A stretch of DNA of 54,836 bases from Candidatus Nezhaarchaeales archaeon (GCA_038894875.1 JAWAOK010000001.1:1-54836); one strand, 5' to 3'. Counted from the first letter of the stretch, positions 21,846-31,674 are shown. Translations and numbers: made by a program. Notes: generated by a model from the letters alone, not told the origin.

Positions 21846-21944
21846 CGCCGGGGGTGGGATTCGAACCCACGCGCTCCAAACGGAGCACTGGCTCCCTTGC
21901 TTAGGACTCAAGGCCAGCTCCTTGGTCCACTCGGACACCCCGGC
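21846..21944 (-). tRNA. tRNA-Ser (anticodon UGA) with a 13-nt intron at 37/38 and a long variable arm
   Basis: The reverse complement reads GCCGGGG...CTGGC-CT-TGA-G[tcctaagcaaggg]A-GCCAG...GTGGG-TTCGAAT-CCCAC-CCCCGGC-G. The anticodon is at 21908-21910. Confidence 0.9.
21894..21906 (-). other. tRNA-Ser intron (13 nt)
   Basis: It interrupts the anticodon loop after position 37. Confidence 0.7.
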
Positions 21945-21995
21945 TCGCTGAGCTCGCCTTAACGCCCTTCCTTATAACTTCTCTTAGCTTAAGCT

Positions 21996-24989
21996 TCAGC
22001 TAACAAGTTTAACCCCTATTTTGTAGTTAATTCCATCTACGTTCCATTCCTTGACGTAGAAGCCCTCCCCCGGTTTTGGAGTCGTCAGTAATTCGAGAGA
22101 CCTGATCCTAACTTCGCTCTTCAAGTAATCCTCCTTCCTCTTGAGTCTGTTGAGTGAGGTGAGGTCCGGGGTCGCTACGTAGGCGTCAACATAGGCGTCA
22201 ACGGGAAGGTCAAGTTCTTTGCGCATCTCTTGAAGTCTCCTAACGACCTCTCTGGCTAGCCCCTCATCCAATAACTCCTCAGTAACGCCTAAGTCAAGCA
22301 ATAGAGTTCCGCCGTTCACTTCAGCCTTCACTAGTCCTTCAGTATGCTTTGGTTCTTCAGTCATTAACTCTACTTCCTTTACATTTAGCAGCTCAAGTAT
22401 GATGTGGCGAAGCTCTTTAACGCAGTCTCTAAGCTCGCTATCTCTATAGACGATGATGGCCCTTCTGAGGGGCCTCCTGAGCTTAATCTTTACTGCTTGT
22501 CTAAGGCTGTTAGAGGCATCGAAGAGAGATCTAGCATAATTCATCAAGCGTTCGAGACGCTCGTCAATTAGTGAGGGGTCAGGCTCTGGCCATGGACAAA
22601 GGTGAACACTTATTGGCATTGAGGGCGAAGTGGGTCTGAATATATGCTGATAGGCCTTCTCTGCGAGGAAGGGGATAAAGGGGGCGACGAGTCTGACGAA
22701 GGCATATAATGCATGGTAGAGTGTATAGTAAGCGGCAAGCTTAGATAAGTCAGCTTTGTCGATCCACGTTCGCCTCCTAACCAGCCTCAGATACCAACGA
22801 CTTACATCATCGAGTATGAAGCTAGCAGCCGCCCTAACCGCTTCATGAATAGCCAAGTTCTCCATGGCTGAAGTTACTCGCTCTATTGTCCGTTGAGTCC
22901 TTGACAAGAGCCACCTATCCTCTACTGCAAGGGAGTCTTTGATGTCTTCGATGTTTACTCGGAAAGGATTGAAGCCATCTAAGTTCATGTAGAGACTAGC
23001 AAAGTAGAGGGTGTTCCAAATGATATTTAGCTCTCTAAAGGACTTCTCAACGTCCTTCATCGAGAAGTGGAGATCTTCCCATGTCGTGCACCCTAGCTCG
23101 TACCAGCGTAATGCATCCCTACCATACTTCTCAATGACTTCTTCGGGATAAATGATGTTGCCTAAGGACTTATGCATCGCCCTACCTTGTTCGTCTAAGG
23201 AGAAGCCGTGGACCAATACATTGCGGTAGGGAGCCTTATTGAAGACTACCACGCTAGTAACAAGTAGTGTGTAGAACCAACCCCTCGTCTGGTCATGTCC
23301 CTCTAAGACTAAGTCCGCCGGCCACCATTCATTGAACTCCTCGTCCGTGCCGGGATACCCTAAACAAGCCCATGATGCTACTCCTGAATCCATCCACACA
23401 TCAAGTACGTCCGGGACCCGAGCCATCATCCCCCCACATTTACACCTTAGTTTAATTTCATCGATCCAGGGACGGTGGAGGTCTAAGCGGTCCGGAATGG
23501 GGGTTACCGCCAGCTTGCGCAGTTCCTTAATTGAGGATATGACAATAAAGTTCCGACACTCTTGACACACCCATATGGGCAAGGGCGCGCCCCAGTACCT
23601 CTGCCTCGATATTACCCAGTCCTTCGCCCCCTCAAGCCAGCTCCGGAACCTCCTTCCAGCCCACTCAGGGACCCACCTGACCTTATCATTTTCCTTGAGT
23701 AAGACGTCCTTGATTGCTGCGACCCTAATGAACCACTGAAGGGAGGCCCTCAAGATCAGAGGTGATTTACACCTCCAGCAGTGGGGGTAGCGGTGGATTA
23801 TAACATCACGGTGAAGGAGGAGGCCCTTGGATATTAGGTCAGCTATAATTTCTTCGTTAGCCTCAAAGACTCTCTTGCCAGCATACTTACCTGCTTCTTC
23901 AGTAAACATGCCTCTCTCGTCCACTGGCGATAGGACAGGGAGGGCATTAGCCACTCCAACTTCGAAGTCCTCCTCGCCATGCCCAGGGGCTACATGGACG
24001 CAGCCAGTGCCCTCTGCTAAGGTAACGTATTCTTTACTAAGCACTACCATATGCGCCTTGCGCTCCTCCATGAGCTTACGCTGTTTAGGCACTTCATCGG
24101 CCAGAGGAGGAATGTACCTAAGCCCCTTTAACTTGTGCCCAGGAAACTTCTCAACGACCTCATACTTCAACCCGACCTCATTGAGCACCTGCTCGCACCT
24201 TGCTTCAGCCAATATGTAATATTCATCGCCCACCCTGACCTTCACATAATTGAAATCGGGGTTGACCATGACTGCCACATTTGCAGGTAAGGTCCACGGC
24301 GTAGTTGTCCAAATCAGTATGTACTCATGGTTTCTACCTTCAAGCGGGAACTTGACATAGATTGAGGGGCTCTCGACGTCTCTATATTCTTCAGTGACTT
24401 CATAGCCAGCTAGCACCGTGCTGCAGCGTGGGCACCAGTGAACCACCCTAGTTCCTCTCTCAAGCAGCCCTCGCTCAAACGCCTTCTTTACAACTTGCCA
24501 GATGGACTCGATGTATTCATTATCTATGGTCCTGTACGGCCTAGCCCAGTCCATCCAAATGCCGAGGTTTTTGAACTGCTCAGTCAACACCTCCAAGTTC
24601 TCTAAGGCATAAGATCTGCATTCCTCTACGAAGCGCGCTATCCCTAGCTTCTCCTCTATTTCCCTTTTTGAGGCCAGGCCCAGCCTTCGCTCTACCATCA
24701 CCTCTATGGGCAAGCCATGCATATCATAGCCCGGCTGATCGCGAACGAGGAAGCCCCTCATGCGTTTGTACCTCAGGATAGAGTCCTTGATGATCTTATT
24801 CCACGCCGTACCTACATGTATGGGGTTGGTTACATATGGAGGTCCATCGAGAAAGTAAAACTTCGGCCCGCCTTCGCGTTCCTTCTTTGCCTTGGGATAT
24901 ACTTCGTTCCACCACCAATCGAGCACTTCCCTCTCATAGCTCCGAGGGTCAAAGCGCTTGGGCAGCAGTCCTACGCAACTCTCACGCAT
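21996..24989 (-). CDS. ileS: Isoleucyl-tRNA synthetase
   Basis: Contains FLDGPPYVTNPIHVGTAWNKIIKD, HWCPRCSTVL and the KMSKS-type MHKSLGN. The N-terminal region follows the archaeal IleRS pattern closely. Confidence 0.95.
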   Translation of the reverse strand: MRESCVGLLPKRFDPRSYEREVLDWWWNEVYPKAKKEREGGPKFYFLDGPPYVTNPIHVGTAWNKIIKDSILRYKRMRGFLVRDQPGYDMHGLPIEVMVERRLGLASKREIEEKLGIARFVEECRSYALENLEVLTEQFKNLGIWMDWARPYRTIDNEYIESIWQVVKKAFERGLLERGTRVVHWCPRCSTVLAGYEVTEEYRDVESPSIYVKFPLEGRNHEYILIWTTTPWTLPANVAVMVNPDFNYVKVRVGDEYYILAEARCEQVLNEVGLKYEVVEKFPGHKLKGLRYIPPLADEVPKQRKLMEERKAHMVVLSKEYVTLAEGTGCVHVAPGHGEEDFEVGVANALPVLSPVDERGMFTEEAGKYAGKRVFEANEEIIADLISKGLLLHRDVIIHRYPHCWRCKSPLILRASLQWFIRVAAIKDVLLKENDKVRWVPEWAGRRFRSWLEGAKDWVISRQRYWGAPLPIWVCQECRNFIVISSIKELRKLAVTPIPDRLDLHRPWIDEIKLRCKCGGMMARVPDVLDVWMDSGVASWACLGYPGTDEEFNEWWPADLVLEGHDQTRGWFYTLLVTSVVVFNKAPYRNVLVHGFSLDEQGRAMHKSLGNIIYPEEVIEKYGRDALRWYELGCTTWEDLHFSMKDVEKSFRELNIIWNTLYFASLYMNLDGFNPFRVNIEDIKDSLAVEDRWLLSRTQRTIERVTSAMENLAIHEAVRAAASFILDDVSRWYLRLVRRRTWIDKADLSKLAAYYTLYHALYAFVRLVAPFIPFLAEKAYQHIFRPTSPSMPISVHLCPWPEPDPSLIDERLERLMNYARSLFDASNSLRQAVKIKLRRPLRRAIIVYRDSELRDCVKELRHIILELLNVKEVELMTEEPKHTEGLVKAEVNGGTLLLDLGVTEELLDEGLAREVVRRLQEMRKELDLPVDAYVDAYVATPDLTSLNRLKRKEDYLKSEVRIRSLELLTTPKPGEGFYVKEWNVDGINYKIGVKLVS

Positions 24990-25111
24990 GGACGGTCACT
25001 TCATAAGTGTGCTCTCTATTGGGGCTCTTTAAATCTGCTTTGAAGGCTTTTTAAATATTCGCAGAAAGGAGAGTAAGCGCTTAATACTTTAGGTAAATTA
25101 AGGATTGAGGC

Positions 25112-27310
25112 GTGAGAAAAGGGAAGGTGCACCAGGACGCCTTGAAGGCAGCCGTCATCAAGCGCCTAATAGGTGTACAGAGGCTGGAGACGGTCTTAAC
25201 GATTACGGTATTATGCATAGTCTTTACAGCCAGTCTGGCCCTAAGGCTCATGAGGCTGAAGTATGGTTACTACTTGCTAGATGAGTTCGACCCCTACTAC
25301 CAATTTTGGATGACGAAGTTCGTTGTTGATAGGGGGTGGAGTGGCTTTGCTGAATGGTTCAATTGGCTTAATGACCCTAAGTTCTGGTATCCCTATGGTA
25401 GAAACGTAATATACTCATCACTTCCAGGCCTTGCATTTACAGCTGCCTTCATTCACTTGCTCATATCAAGCCTGGGGGTGCGCATAGACTTAATGGCCAC
25501 GTGTGCCCTCTTACCCGCTTTTCTAGGCTCTTTGACGGTCGTGGTGCTTTATCGCTTAGGCAGGGAAATAGATGGTAGGGCAGCCGGGCTTTATGCGGCA
25601 GTATTCCTAACCTTCGATGGTGCCTACTTAAGCAGGACGCTATTTGGTTTTTTTGATGACGAAAGCTTAGGCATCCTTGCCTTTATATGTGCACTGCTAT
25701 TCTACATCAGGGCTTTAAAGAAAGACAGGGCCTTCGTCGATGCTACTATAGCTGGGCTCTTCCTGGGATACATGGCCAGCACGTGGGGCGCAGCGGCTTA
25801 TGCCATTAATCTCTTAGCCCTACACGCAATTGTAGCAATGTTGATGTACTCCATATTCGGTGATGCTAAGTCCCTCAGCCAAAGACTCCTCGCAGCTTAC
25901 TCGATAACTGTGTCAATCGCCCTCTTCTTGGCCTCTCTAATTCCTAGGTATGGTCCCTGGTTCTTAATATCGGGCCTCGGCTTCCTACCATTAGTTACCA
26001 TTGCCATCATATTTGCAATAAAAGCCACCACCTCACTGTTGAGTAGGGTGGGTAGGTTAGGAAGAAGTTTGGCGGTAGTAGTGGCATTATCCATTATAGC
26101 CAGTGGACTGATCGTCCTTTGGTCCTTGGGCTATTTGATGGCCCCTGAAAGGTATCTCTCAGTTTTAATTCCATCCATTAGGAGCCCGCTGGTGGCGTCA
26201 GTGGCTGAACACCAAACAATAACTTGGCTCCATTTCTTCTTAGATCACCAGCTGGTCTTGCCGTTATCTCTCGTGGGGCTATACTTCGTCATTAAGAGGG
26301 GGGGCGAAGTTGACATACTAATGGCCTTAGCAGTGCTTACGTTATCCTATGGTGCGTCATCCATGGCCAGGCTCTTGGTCCCGCTTGCCCCGCTGCTTTG
26401 TGTGCTGGCGGGCGTAGGGTTCGGGCGCATTGTAAAATCGCTAGCCTCTAGGATTGTGGCAGAGGGGAGGGGTCGGCGTAGAGTATCCATAGGTTTGAGT
26501 AAAAAGTGGGCTGCCCTATCGCTGGCAATACTCATTATTACCTTCACTCCATTGCTTTCCCCAGTAACTGGCCCCATCATGAGTAGTAGCTTCAACTTAG
26601 TCACTAGAGCGAGCCAGCCGCAAGTGATACTTACATCAAACTTTGCCACAAATAAGATAATCCCGGACTGGATAAACACATTGGCTTGGATGAGGGACAA
26701 TCTGCCCGAGAATGCCGTGGTGGCCTGCTGGTGGGATTATGGGTACCATGTAACTGTCTTAACTGAGAGAGCTAGCACATGTGATAATGCAGCGATAGAT
26801 ACCGTTCAAATAGCCAAGGTGGCCAGAGCATTCTTGTCTGACGAGGAGACAGCCTTAAACATCCTTAAGGAAATGGGAGTGACGCATGTAGTGGTCTTTG
26901 GCTACGTAGTGCCCTTCGCTCGCTTAGGACAGCTTGATTTCTATGCGTCACTAGGACACATGGCCGGCGACGACTTCATTAAGTCGTACTGGATGGCTAG
27001 GATCGCGGGCCTAGATCCTGGAGACTATCTTAAGGATGTCTCCTTCATCTCAGAACAAGGATTTGTGCAGCTAAATGTCCCAGCCGGAAAGAAAGCCGAG
27101 GAAGCCGTGCTTTATAGGATGATCTTCAATAATTACGAAGAGCCACTAGCATCGAGGAGGGGTCTTATACTAAAGGATGCCGTCGTGGATGAGCGAGGGA
27201 GATTGATGGACCTCGTCCCCTTCAACGTGAGGCCCCTTAGCCACTTTAAGCTAGCATATGCCAGCGAGCCTAATCAATTCGTGTTGGTCTATGAAGTGAT
27301 TTATGACTGA
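25112..27310 (+). CDS. aglB: Archaeal oligosaccharyltransferase AglB (STT3 family)
   Basis: Multi-TM N-terminal half, the catalytic WWDYGY motif (VVACWWDYGYH) and a soluble C-terminal domain. The start is GTG. Confidence 0.9.
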   Translation: MRKGKVHQDALKAAVIKRLIGVQRLETVLTITVLCIVFTASLALRLMRLKYGYYLLDEFDPYYQFWMTKFVVDRGWSGFAEWFNWLNDPKFWYPYGRNVIYSSLPGLAFTAAFIHLLISSLGVRIDLMATCALLPAFLGSLTVVVLYRLGREIDGRAAGLYAAVFLTFDGAYLSRTLFGFFDDESLGILAFICALLFYIRALKKDRAFVDATIAGLFLGYMASTWGAAAYAINLLALHAIVAMLMYSIFGDAKSLSQRLLAAYSITVSIALFLASLIPRYGPWFLISGLGFLPLVTIAIIFAIKATTSLLSRVGRLGRSLAVVVALSIIASGLIVLWSLGYLMAPERYLSVLIPSIRSPLVASVAEHQTITWLHFFLDHQLVLPLSLVGLYFVIKRGGEVDILMALAVLTLSYGASSMARLLVPLAPLLCVLAGVGFGRIVKSLASRIVAEGRGRRRVSIGLSKKWAALSLAILIITFTPLLSPVTGPIMSSSFNLVTRASQPQVILTSNFATNKIIPDWINTLAWMRDNLPENAVVACWWDYGYHVTVLTERASTCDNAAIDTVQIAKVARAFLSDEETALNILKEMGVTHVVVFGYVVPFARLGQLDFYASLGHMAGDDFIKSYWMARIAGLDPGDYLKDVSFISEQGFVQLNVPAGKKAEEAVLYRMIFNNYEEPLASRRGLILKDAVVDERGRLMDLVPFNVRPLSHFKLAYASEPNQFVLVYEVIYD

Positions 27311-27476
27311 GCGCGCTTAACTTCAAGAGCCTACGATATCTACCATATCTATCTTCAGGAGAGAAGCGAGGAGGGTAGGGGGTCTTCAACGCCCCTCCGC
27401 AATTGGGACAAGCTCTTTTATTTAATGTATACCTCCCACACACTGAACACTTCATTAGTAATCTCAACTTCCTCAC
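27270..27476 (-). CDS. nop10: H/ACA RNP protein Nop10
   Basis: Contains KCSVCGRYTL...CPNCGG...PYPPRFSPEDRYGRYRR. Confidence 0.9.
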   Translation of the reverse strand: MRKLRLLMKCSVCGRYTLNKRACPNCGGALKTPYPPRFSPEDRYGRYRRLLKLSALSHKSLHRPTRID

Positions 27477-28225
27477 CGCTTGACGGTTAAACTGCCAACT
27501 CCACCTAGAGATTTAAGCTCCTTCAATGCCACGTCAGCTACTTCTTTTAAAATATGCTCAGCCTGTTTATAGTCTTCGGCGACCGCTTCTATATTATAGA
27601 ATGGCGCTCCAGCCACATAAATTCTAACGTTGTACCCCTTACTTTTAGCAAGCTCTAGTGCCTTTATTAGGCTCTGCTTAATATGCAAAGCCCCCTTGGC
27701 ATGTGTGCTTTGGAGCTCCAATCTCCCTATTACCTTAACTAAAGGAAGCTCTATGTGTTCCTTAGCTACTTCATAGACGACGTTAACCCACATCTCATCT
27801 ACCCCTGCCTCCCTCAATGCCTCTACCCCTCTCCTCGCTACCTCCTCTAAGCCAGCGTAAATTTCGCCATACCTATCCTCCAACCTCCACCCCACCTTCT
27901 CATAGGCTTCGCTTAGCGAGGCGCCAAGCCTCTTAGCAGCAAGGCCCAGAAGTGCCTCCGCGCGCTGCGCGCGCTTCCACTCGAGCATCTTCTGCTCTTT
28001 CTCGACAGTAGATACTCTCTTTAGAGAGAGGTCGATGTACCCTTTTACCGGGTCTACCTTAATTACCTTGAGTACTACCTTCTGCCGCTCTCTGAGGAAG
28101 TCCCTTATATTGTGAAACCATGAAGAGGCCACTTCTGTGAGCGGAACGTAACCTTTCTTATTGTTGTACTCGTCTAAAGTCACGTAGGCTCCCTTATCAA
28201 AAACCTCAGCAACGGTCGCTACCAC
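27473..28225 (-). CDS. eif2a: Translation initiation factor aIF-2 alpha subunit
   Basis: Has an S1 domain (VATVAEVFDKGAYVTLDEYNNKKGYVPLTEVASSW) and the usual length and domain order. The first canonical start is the GTG at 28225, but conserved N-terminal residues are encoded upstream (see findings). Confidence 0.9.
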   Translation of the reverse strand: MVATVAEVFDKGAYVTLDEYNNKKGYVPLTEVASSWFHNIRDFLRERQKVVLKVIKVDPVKGYIDLSLKRVSTVEKEQKMLEWKRAQRAEALLGLAAKRLGASLSEAYEKVGWRLEDRYGEIYAGLEEVARRGVEALREAGVDEMWVNVVYEVAKEHIELPLVKVIGRLELQSTHAKGALHIKQSLIKALELAKSKGYNVRIYVAGAPFYNIEAVAEDYKQAEHILKEVADVALKELKSLGGVGSLTVKR

Positions 28226-28277
28226 CAGCTCGCCTACTTCAGGAAGACTCTTTCTCCTCCTAAACAGGCCTCCCCCC

Positions 28278-28475
28278 TTAACCCATCGTCTTTATGATCT
28301 TTGCATCGATTTTGGCCTTGCCGCCAGTAGGCCGCGCTAGCACGCGACTACATATTAAGCACTTAACTTGTGTGGACGCGTGGCTAAAGACTGTTTGTAC
28401 ATTGCCACACTCAGGGCAGCGAACCTGAAAGAAGTGAGACTTTGGAGTTGGGATAAGCTCCCTAAACTTTGACAA
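28278..28475 (-). CDS. rps27e: 30S ribosomal protein S27e
   Basis: Contains FFQVRCPECGNVQTVFSHASTQVKCLICSRVLARPTGGKA. The start is TTG. Confidence 0.9.
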   Translation of the reverse strand: MSKFRELIPTPKSHFFQVRCPECGNVQTVFSHASTQVKCLICSRVLARPTGGKAKIDAKIIKTMG

Positions 28476-28481
28476 AGGTCC

Positions 28482-28772
28482 TCACCTCTTAACCACCTCA
28501 ACTATTTCGAGTTTCTTCGCCCTAATCCCCTTGCGCTGGTAGGTATAGCCGCACTGTTTGCATGTTAGTTTTAAGGCTTGCTTCTTAGTTACCTTGGCAA
28601 ATCTCTTCTGCTCGGGCTTTCGCTTTGAGCCGTACCCCCTCTTTTTTGCAGCATACCTTCGCTCTCCTTGAGCTAATGCCCTGCGCTTACCTCCCTTGTA
28701 TAAAGATACGGAGTGCTCAGTATGTGTCCTGCACTTAGGGCAATATGTCGTAATCGCCTTTGGCACCTTCAC
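28482..28772 (-). CDS. rpl44e: 50S ribosomal protein L44e (eL42)
   Basis: Contains (M)KVPKAITTYCPKCRTHTEH...GKRR...KLTCKQCGY. The start is placed at the GTG giving MKVPK. The track ORF extends 8 codons further to 28796. Confidence 0.88.
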   Translation of the reverse strand: MKVPKAITTYCPKCRTHTEHSVSLYKGGKRRALAQGERRYAAKKRGYGSKRKPEQKRFAKVTKKQALKLTCKQCGYTYQRKGIRAKKLEIVEVVKR

Positions 28773-28813
28773 TACCAACACCCACGAGCCGGACACTAAC
28801 GCTATTATGAGAG

Positions 28814-29320
28814 CTACTCCAGAGCCACTGCATAGTCCTCGCTAATAAGCCTATCAGCTATGTCGGCTGGCAAAAGGGCAAGTGATTCCGTGCTTAAAGG
28901 TGCGAAGCCAGGGGCCTTATCCTCAGGTACTTCCCTTAACAGCCTCACTAACCTTAGCTCAGTACGCTCCACTCTAGCTAATAGTAGCTCACTGAGCGAG
29001 GCCTCAGCCTCATTTAAAGCTTTGAGGACTTTCTCAAGGGCCTCAGCCTCCTCCTTAGTCAAGTACGGAAGCGGGTCGTGGCCCTCTATGGCCTGCATCA
29101 AAGCCTTCCTTATCCTGAGTGAAAAGAGGTCCTGGGCTAGGGCCCTAATGACTTCGAACTCGATCAAGGCAACCTTCTTAGACAGGCCCCGTTTCAATGC
29201 GAGGGCAGATGAAAACTTGTCTAAGTAGGTACGAAGCTTTTGATAAAAGTCAGGACTCATCTGGTGAAGCTTGAAGCTTGAGCGCTCGAGCCGCCAGGCC
29301 CCCTTCAGCTCCTGGTACAT
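28814..29320 (-). CDS. GINS subunit, Gins15/Gins51 type
   Basis: The A-domain pattern (L..ER....L..M.PDFY..L..YL, LRIRKAL, YLTKEEAEALEKVL) is followed by a B-domain-like C-terminus (LVRLLREVP...LALLPADIADRLISEDYA). It lies immediately downstream of priS, as described for Sulfolobus gins15. Confidence 0.65.
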   Translation of the reverse strand: MYQELKGAWRLERSSFKLHQMSPDFYQKLRTYLDKFSSALALKRGLSKKVALIEFEVIRALAQDLFSLRIRKALMQAIEGHDPLPYLTKEEAEALEKVLKALNEAEASLSELLLARVERTELRLVRLLREVPEDKAPGFAPLSTESLALLPADIADRLISEDYAVALE

Positions 29321-29350
29321 TCTCTTATCCGCTTAGGGGGTTGCAGCGTT

Positions 29351-30610
29351 TTAAGCTTCGTGATCTTCAATTAGGTCGGCTAACCCAGATCTTAAGAGGT
29401 AGAAGGCCACGGCTGTCGGGAGGGTCACTCTTTCGTCATTAAAGGGGCCGAAGGTACGCCCCATTAGGGTGACTTGAGGACTTTCACGGACATAGACTTT
29501 AATTTCACCTCTCTTAAATGCTACAGAGTCCTTCAGAGGATCAAAGCTGTCTACTTCATTTAATGATAGAGGCTTAGCTATTAGTCCAGTATCTCCATGA
29601 ATAGTGCCCGGCAGCCTTATCAGCCTCCTTACATCAGTAGTAACTCTTTCATCAATTTCGCAGCGCTGAAGCTCAACGGACTTTGATACCAGCCTTTCCC
29701 AAAATCCGCGCCCATATTTAAGTATCGAAGACCAATTGGGCCTCGGAGATTCCAATTGAGAAAGTATCTTGTACTTATTATTGTAAATCTCGGCTGCTAG
29801 CCCCCTCTTTGAAGGAGGTAAAAGGAGTCTTAAATCATCCAAGCTGGCCGAGGAAAGAAAGCTGTAAATCCCTCTAGCTATTCTACCGCGCCACCCAGGA
29901 TGATTGAGCGATGGAGGGGAGGGGCTGGCTTTAATTAAAACATGAAAACCGTGCGACTCAAGTTTTAAGCTCACGGCCTTGATGTAGTCTACAATCTCCC
30001 TACGAGCATATTGATCTAACTCTCTCACGATAGCTGAGGTGATATGAACGTGATACCCTCTCCTACCTGAAAAGGCTATATGTATCTCCTTTGGAGAAAA
30101 GCCAAAGTCAGGTATTAAAAAGTCCTCGATTAGCTTTATGAGCTCGGCCTTAGATGCCTCTAAGCAAGTAGGACATAGATAAAAGCTCTTTGAGTCTATC
30201 TTACGGCTGCCGCAGTTGGGACACGCAGAGGGGGGCGCGCCGCGATCGTTAGTCCCACAGTCGCAGCAGCGCCATTTATCATGCTCTCGCTTACATGGAG
30301 TAAGTATGTGGTCGGCATCTATGTCGAAAACTAAGTCTGCCCCCATCCACCCCTTAGAGTCCATGTCTGCTTCACCCGGAGAGGAATAGTATGCCGAAGA
30401 GTAGTAGACGTGGCGCGGTGCGCGAGAGGCTATGAAGGCCCTCAGGCTTGCAGCGTCATTAAAGGAAACGTGACGTAACATTTCTTCTTTGTCAAAGAAC
30501 ATGAAGGCTAGCTCTCGATGTAAAAGCCCAGAAGGCAGGTCGAAGGAGAAATCAGGTGATCCATAAAAATTTTTCACAAGCCTAATTATTAGCCCAAGGT
30601 ATTTGTTCAT
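29351..30610 (-). CDS. priS: DNA primase small (catalytic) subunit PriS
   Basis: Contains the catalytic DLVFDIDADH, the Zn cluster CCDCG...CPNCG...CPTC, and FSGRRGYHVH. Confidence 0.9.
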   Translation of the reverse strand: MNKYLGLIIRLVKNFYGSPDFSFDLPSGLLHRELAFMFFDKEEMLRHVSFNDAASLRAFIASRAPRHVYYSSAYYSSPGEADMDSKGWMGADLVFDIDADHILTPCKREHDKWRCCDCGTNDRGAPPSACPNCGSRKIDSKSFYLCPTCLEASKAELIKLIEDFLIPDFGFSPKEIHIAFSGRRGYHVHITSAIVRELDQYARREIVDYIKAVSLKLESHGFHVLIKASPSPPSLNHPGWRGRIARGIYSFLSSASLDDLRLLLPPSKRGLAAEIYNNKYKILSQLESPRPNWSSILKYGRGFWERLVSKSVELQRCEIDERVTTDVRRLIRLPGTIHGDTGLIAKPLSLNEVDSFDPLKDSVAFKRGEIKVYVRESPQVTLMGRTFGPFNDERVTLPTAVAFYLLRSGLADLIEDHEA

Positions 30611-31653
30611 TCAGTACCCCGCTGCTTAAGCGCTCTCAATCTAAAGTAAGCTAATGGATGTTTGACATATTTACAAATATCGTCAGGAAGGGAACATAGA
30701 TTAAATGTGCGCAAGGACTCGCAGCTAGGAGGAACGTACCTAGTCTTAGAGCCTATCTCGCCAGCTATATGTTTGACGTGGTAGTAGGTTCGCTTTTCAT
30801 CAAAGTCTGGGAGGTTCCTAAAGAGGTCCACGACTTCGTCCACGCTCTTTCCTAAATTTATTAAGAAAGAGGCTAGTGTAAACCTAGCCATATGCGGGAG
30901 GTTTTTACCGACGAGCGCGTCGGCAATTAGCGACTTAATGCATGGAGGGTAGCATTCTTCACCTCCAGTAATAGGGACCTCCGGCAAAGCGGGCGACTTC
31001 TGTGTTCGAAGCTTATTTACCTCGAGAATCCTCCTCAAGGCTCCTTCCACCGCGCTCGTTAGCTGTATATTGACGATATCTGTGGCAAGCATACGACAGA
31101 GGAGGCGCTGCCTTAAGGCTTCAGATAAGAGCCTGGCCAGCTCGTGCTTTTGAAGGTAAACCTGTCCCATTAAGAGGACTCGGTTGACTAACTTCCAGTG
31201 CGGAGACTTGAGGCTCATGGAGACTGATAGATAGTCATTCCACGCAATCGAGAAATCATAGGACCTAGAACCTAACATCGTAAAAATCTTGTCGACTTTC
31301 CAATTAAAACAGCGCCTGGCTATATATACAAGCTTGTCCTCATGTTCGGTCTTCAGGAGGGAGAAGGCCCTCTTAGCCTCCCCCTCAGCATACCTACTCT
31401 GTAGGAGTTTATCGTTACTTAACGTCACAAGCATTACTGCAGTAGGGTACGAAAGCACTTCGACTTCTATCTCATTAAATTTTGTCGAGACGACTCCATT
31501 AATTAATGCTTCTTCGATTCTACTAACCGCCCGCTCTAATACTGAGCTGTGCTCAGGGCTGCCGAGCTGCTCGATCGTAAGCCCCCTCTTTCTAACAAAT
31601 TCCTGAGCCTCAGGAGTGAATGGGTATTTTGCTATGTCCTCTTCTGTCAGCAC
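30607..31653 (-). CDS. priL: DNA primase large subunit PriL
   Basis: It has a 4-nt overlap with priS and C-terminal Fe-S type cysteines (YPPCIKSL...CESLRTFNLCSLPDDIC). Confidence 0.85.
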   Translation of the reverse strand: MLTEEDIAKYPFTPEAQEFVRKRGLTIEQLGSPEHSSVLERAVSRIEEALINGVVSTKFNEIEVEVLSYPTAVMLVTLSNDKLLQSRYAEGEAKRAFSLLKTEHEDKLVYIARRCFNWKVDKIFTMLGSRSYDFSIAWNDYLSVSMSLKSPHWKLVNRVLLMGQVYLQKHELARLLSEALRQRLLCRMLATDIVNIQLTSAVEGALRRILEVNKLRTQKSPALPEVPITGGEECYPPCIKSLIADALVGKNLPHMARFTLASFLINLGKSVDEVVDLFRNLPDFDEKRTYYHVKHIAGEIGSKTRYVPPSCESLRTFNLCSLPDDICKYVKHPLAYFRLRALKQRGTE

Positions 31654-31674
31654 ACCTACACGGCGCTCCTATCT

